64,000 nucleotides of DNA, taken from assembly GCF_006345805.1 (NCBI RefSeq), contig NC_043004.1:50344001-50408000 (forward strand), given 5' to 3'. The position numbers and the translations under genes were made by a program. The notes under the pieces are model-generated. The model had not been told where the DNA came from. It made no database searches and saw only the letters and a list, made by a program, of their open reading frames with translations. The first letter of the stretch is position 1; each line of letters starts with the position of its first letter. Positions 60,789 through 64,000 of this stretch are shown one piece after another. The DNA comes from Octopus sinensis (lineage: Eukaryota).

Positions 60789-61744
60789 TGTATATGAGAT
60801 ACCCCAAGATATAATAACATGTGGTACCTGAACAACAGCATAAGAACTCTTACACATGCGTTACAAATTTTTACTCAAAATACACTAAACAAATATATAT
60901 ATGTACGTTTGTATGTGTGTGTTTATATATATATATATATGAAATATATATCCTATCAAGTCTAGATAATTTCTTCAGAAGTCAAAACTGGAATTAATTA
61001 ACCTTTGTACCAAATACTAAACTTTATTATGCTGACCTTTGAACACTTCCCAAATATGTGTGTGTGTGTGTGTGTGTGTGTGTATAAACATATATAATGT
61101 ATGTATGCATTCTGGTGCAAGCATAGGTCATTGGTTTGGGTGTTCACTTTATCATTGATAATAGATCCTGTATTAAATTCCAATGTCTAACACTGGATAA
61201 ATCTTCTACCATAGTTTTGTGTCAATCTAAGTCAAATAAGTGAAATTTGGTTGACAGAGTTTGTGGAAGCCCCATTTTATACACTGTATCTATAATATAT
61301 GAGCCATCTTTCTTACACAGTGTCAAATAGATCCTGCTTGAAGATTACATAATACTCTGCCAGGGAGACCAGAATCCAAACAGCAATGTGGTTCCATTGA
61401 TCAAGCAGTTGGTTAATGCATCTATTTCTGCAGTGAAGCTAACTGATCGTTAAATATCAATAAATGTATGCATGTAAATGTGTTTACAATTTATTCACAA
61501 TTACACTATCTTAGGACTTCAGTAAATTGATGTCTCCAATGAATGTATTGATATGCAAATGAGCACAAAATGCCTTTGGTGCGTTTATGTTTATCGTCAG
61601 TAGTTGTATGCTAGTGTTTTTAAAATTCACAGCTTTGACCTTGGGGGCCATTTCAGCAGCAAAGCTATGTATGGATTGGTGCAGGCATGGCTATGTTGTC
61701 AAGAGGTTTGCTTCCCAATCACTTGGTTCCTAGTTCAGTCCCAC

Positions 61745-62155
61745 TGCCATTCTTTTATGTAGACTGTTTTTTGTTTGGCCTATGTAGTGCTCTTGACACC
61801 CAAAGCAGGTTCTCCAAAGCATGTGAAGTTGCTTTTCACTGTTAAACGATGTCCTTGTTTGAAGGAGAACTCTGATCCCTCAATTAAATTAACGCATATC
61901 CCATAGTTGGGTCTTCCGCATTTTTTTACTGACGGTTTTTGTGTTGTTGAGCGTATTCGGGCTTGTTGTTAGGCGACTTTTCATAGATTTGGGTTGTCTC
62001 TTAACAATGACGCCTTTGACACCATCCTTCAAGATATTCCCCTGCTAAAAAAGGACCACAGAATGAACTTAATCCTCCAAACACACACCATCATAAAAAG
62101 CAAGAGACAACTCAAATCTATGAAAAGTCTCCTAACACAAGCCCGAATATGCTGA
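61745..62155. mobile_element. Penelope GIY-YIG fragment (-) joined to an inverted overlapping fragment (+)
   Basis: Minus strand: KRQPKSMKSRL...KKCGRPNYGICVNLIEG...CFGCQEHYIGQT. Plus strand: LKKDHRMNLILQTHTIIKSKRQLKSMKSLLTQAR. Confidence 0.75.
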
Positions 62156-62201
62156 TGTGGACGTTGCGTGTATAGTTCTGCAAATTATATTTGCAAAGAT
62201 G

Positions 62202-62272
62202 ATCACACTGATGAGCTACAGACAATTACGTAAGAAATTATGTAAGTGATAATAGCGAAACTAGTTTATGAT
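62202..62272 (+). ncRNA. Type I hammerhead ribozyme motif with extended stem II
   Basis: ATCACA-CTGATGA-GCTA[cagacaa TTACGTAA gaaa TTATGTAA gtgataa]TAGC-GAAA-CTAG-TT-TATGAT. Palindromic ACTAGT stem III. Confidence 0.75.
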
Positions 62273-62533
62273 TAATCTATATTTTGTTTCTTTTCATTTG
62301 TCTTGCTCACTTACGTTCTGGCGTTTGCTAAAATTTTCTTGAGAACATTTCTTTCTTAGTGGTAAGACCATAGTGGATCTACTTCTAGCATAATGGATTT
62401 CCACGTAGTGGCCATCCCTCTTATATGTATGTAATATAATTTTTCTGTATCTTCAGATTTTAATATGCTAGACCATTGGTTTTCAATTGATATTAATCAA
62501 ATTAATATTCAATTTTTCACCCTTATTATTTTA

Positions 62534-62583
<50 letters not shown>

Positions 62584-62663
62584 TAATATATATAATATAT
62601 AATATATACCTATATATAACATATATTATATACATATATATATAATATATAATATAATATATA

Positions 62664-62701
<38 letters not shown>

Positions 62702-62830
62702 ATATATATATAATATATAATATATAATATATACATATATATATAATATATGTAATATATGATATATATATATATATAATATATAATATATACATATATA
62801 TAATATATGTAATATATGATATATATATAT

Positions 62831-63190
62831 ACTGTTGTTTCTGGGGAGAGTCATTTTCTTTTTGTGCCTTATAATGTAACACACTCACCAGTAAAATTTC
62901 CACTTATTTCTTATCTTTATTTTCATAAAATTTTCATTGCATCTTGCAACTTTTTCAATAGTCTTGACTCTTAATAGTCTGGCAACCTTTTCAAGACTAT
63001 TGAAAAGGTTGCAAGACGCAACGAAAATTTTAGGAAAATAAAAATAAGAAATAAGTGGAAATTTTACCGGTGAGTGTGTTACATTATAAGGCACAAAAAG
63101 AAGATGACTCTCCCCAGACACAACAGAATATGCTTCAACACACGAACTCATATAAAGAATCTTGCAAACCAAATCCAAAAACGAATTATA
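62831..63190. repeat. Fold-back element with 128-bp inverted arms
   Basis: 62840-62967 is the reverse complement of 62991-63118. The unpaired tail 63119-63190 is homologous (reverse complement) to 43215-43280. Confidence 0.9.
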
Positions 63191-63614
63191 TATATATATA
63201 TATATCTATATATATAAAACTCAACTTGTGTATCTGTGTGTGTATCTGTGTGTGTCTGTGTGTTTAACTTCCTGGCACATCTCCTCCTAGCCAACAAATC
63301 GTAGAACCACCAAAAACGGGTCACTTAAAGTTTAGGCGAATGAAAATTGAACTGCGCGATTTCTGTTCCGAAATTCATCTCGCAAGTGCAAAAATCTATA
63401 ATGTGTTTGTTTAGGTCTTATCCCATGCATTGAATAGTGAACTTTACTCAGTATCACTTAGGTTTACGAGAGAGGGATGACCTCCCTTTGCAAATATCAT
63501 AAGGGCACAGAAAGTGTGCCTAAAGCCAGCTGGAGACGATCTCCTAGGGCTAAAAGCTACAGTAACACCCACCCTTAGTGGTTAGCCATATTGAGATGGC
63601 TAGTATACTTTATG

Positions 63615-63653
<39 letters not shown>

Positions 63654-63740
63654 TATATACATGTGTATATATATATATACATATATATGTACATATATAC
63701 ATGTGTATATATATATATACATATATATACATCTGTACAA

Positions 63741-63780
<40 letters not shown>

Positions 63781-64000
63781 TTCTTCCCTTCTTTCCTGAG
63801 CGTCCAATAATACTTTATTGTTCCACGTCCTTGCGTTGTTGTCTTTTTGTTTTCTTGTTTGGATTAACTATATATATACATATATATGTACATATATACA
63901 TGTGTGTATATATATATATACTATATATATGTACATCTATACATACAAAAAAATATGATGACCAAAATCCTTCAAAGGACTGTGAAACATCCAAGTCTGC

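Overview
Eukaryotic, repeat-saturated DNA, most likely from an octopus. That assignment is an inference from the recurrent tRNA-derived SINEs, which I recognise as cephalopod-type, and from the (AT)n/(AC)n/(ATAC)n load. I could not support any host protein-coding exon, tRNA, rRNA or CRISPR array. The window holds decayed transposons: Helitron helicase remnants, mariner and DD37D/maT elements, LINE fragments (RTE, RTE-X, CR1, Tx1 and an RLE-type element), Penelope-like elements (PLEs) and many SINE copies. A near-perfect 352-bp x 29 tandem array spans 32.2-42.4 kb. Most ORFs in the supplied track are microsatellite, SINE or array artefacts. The most interesting signal is non-coding: at least five sequence-distinct type I hammerhead ribozyme (HHR) motifs, each with a palindromic or near-palindromic stem III. 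Two of them sit at the tip of long rod-like hairpins (12.3 kb and 59.3 kb), and the 59.3 kb one lies in a terminally redundant 351-nt unit that resembles a retrozyme monomer. Recurrent fold-back junctions also occur in PLE termini. Ribozyme folds were read by eye and are untested, and repeat boundaries are approximate unless a terminal motif is quoted.
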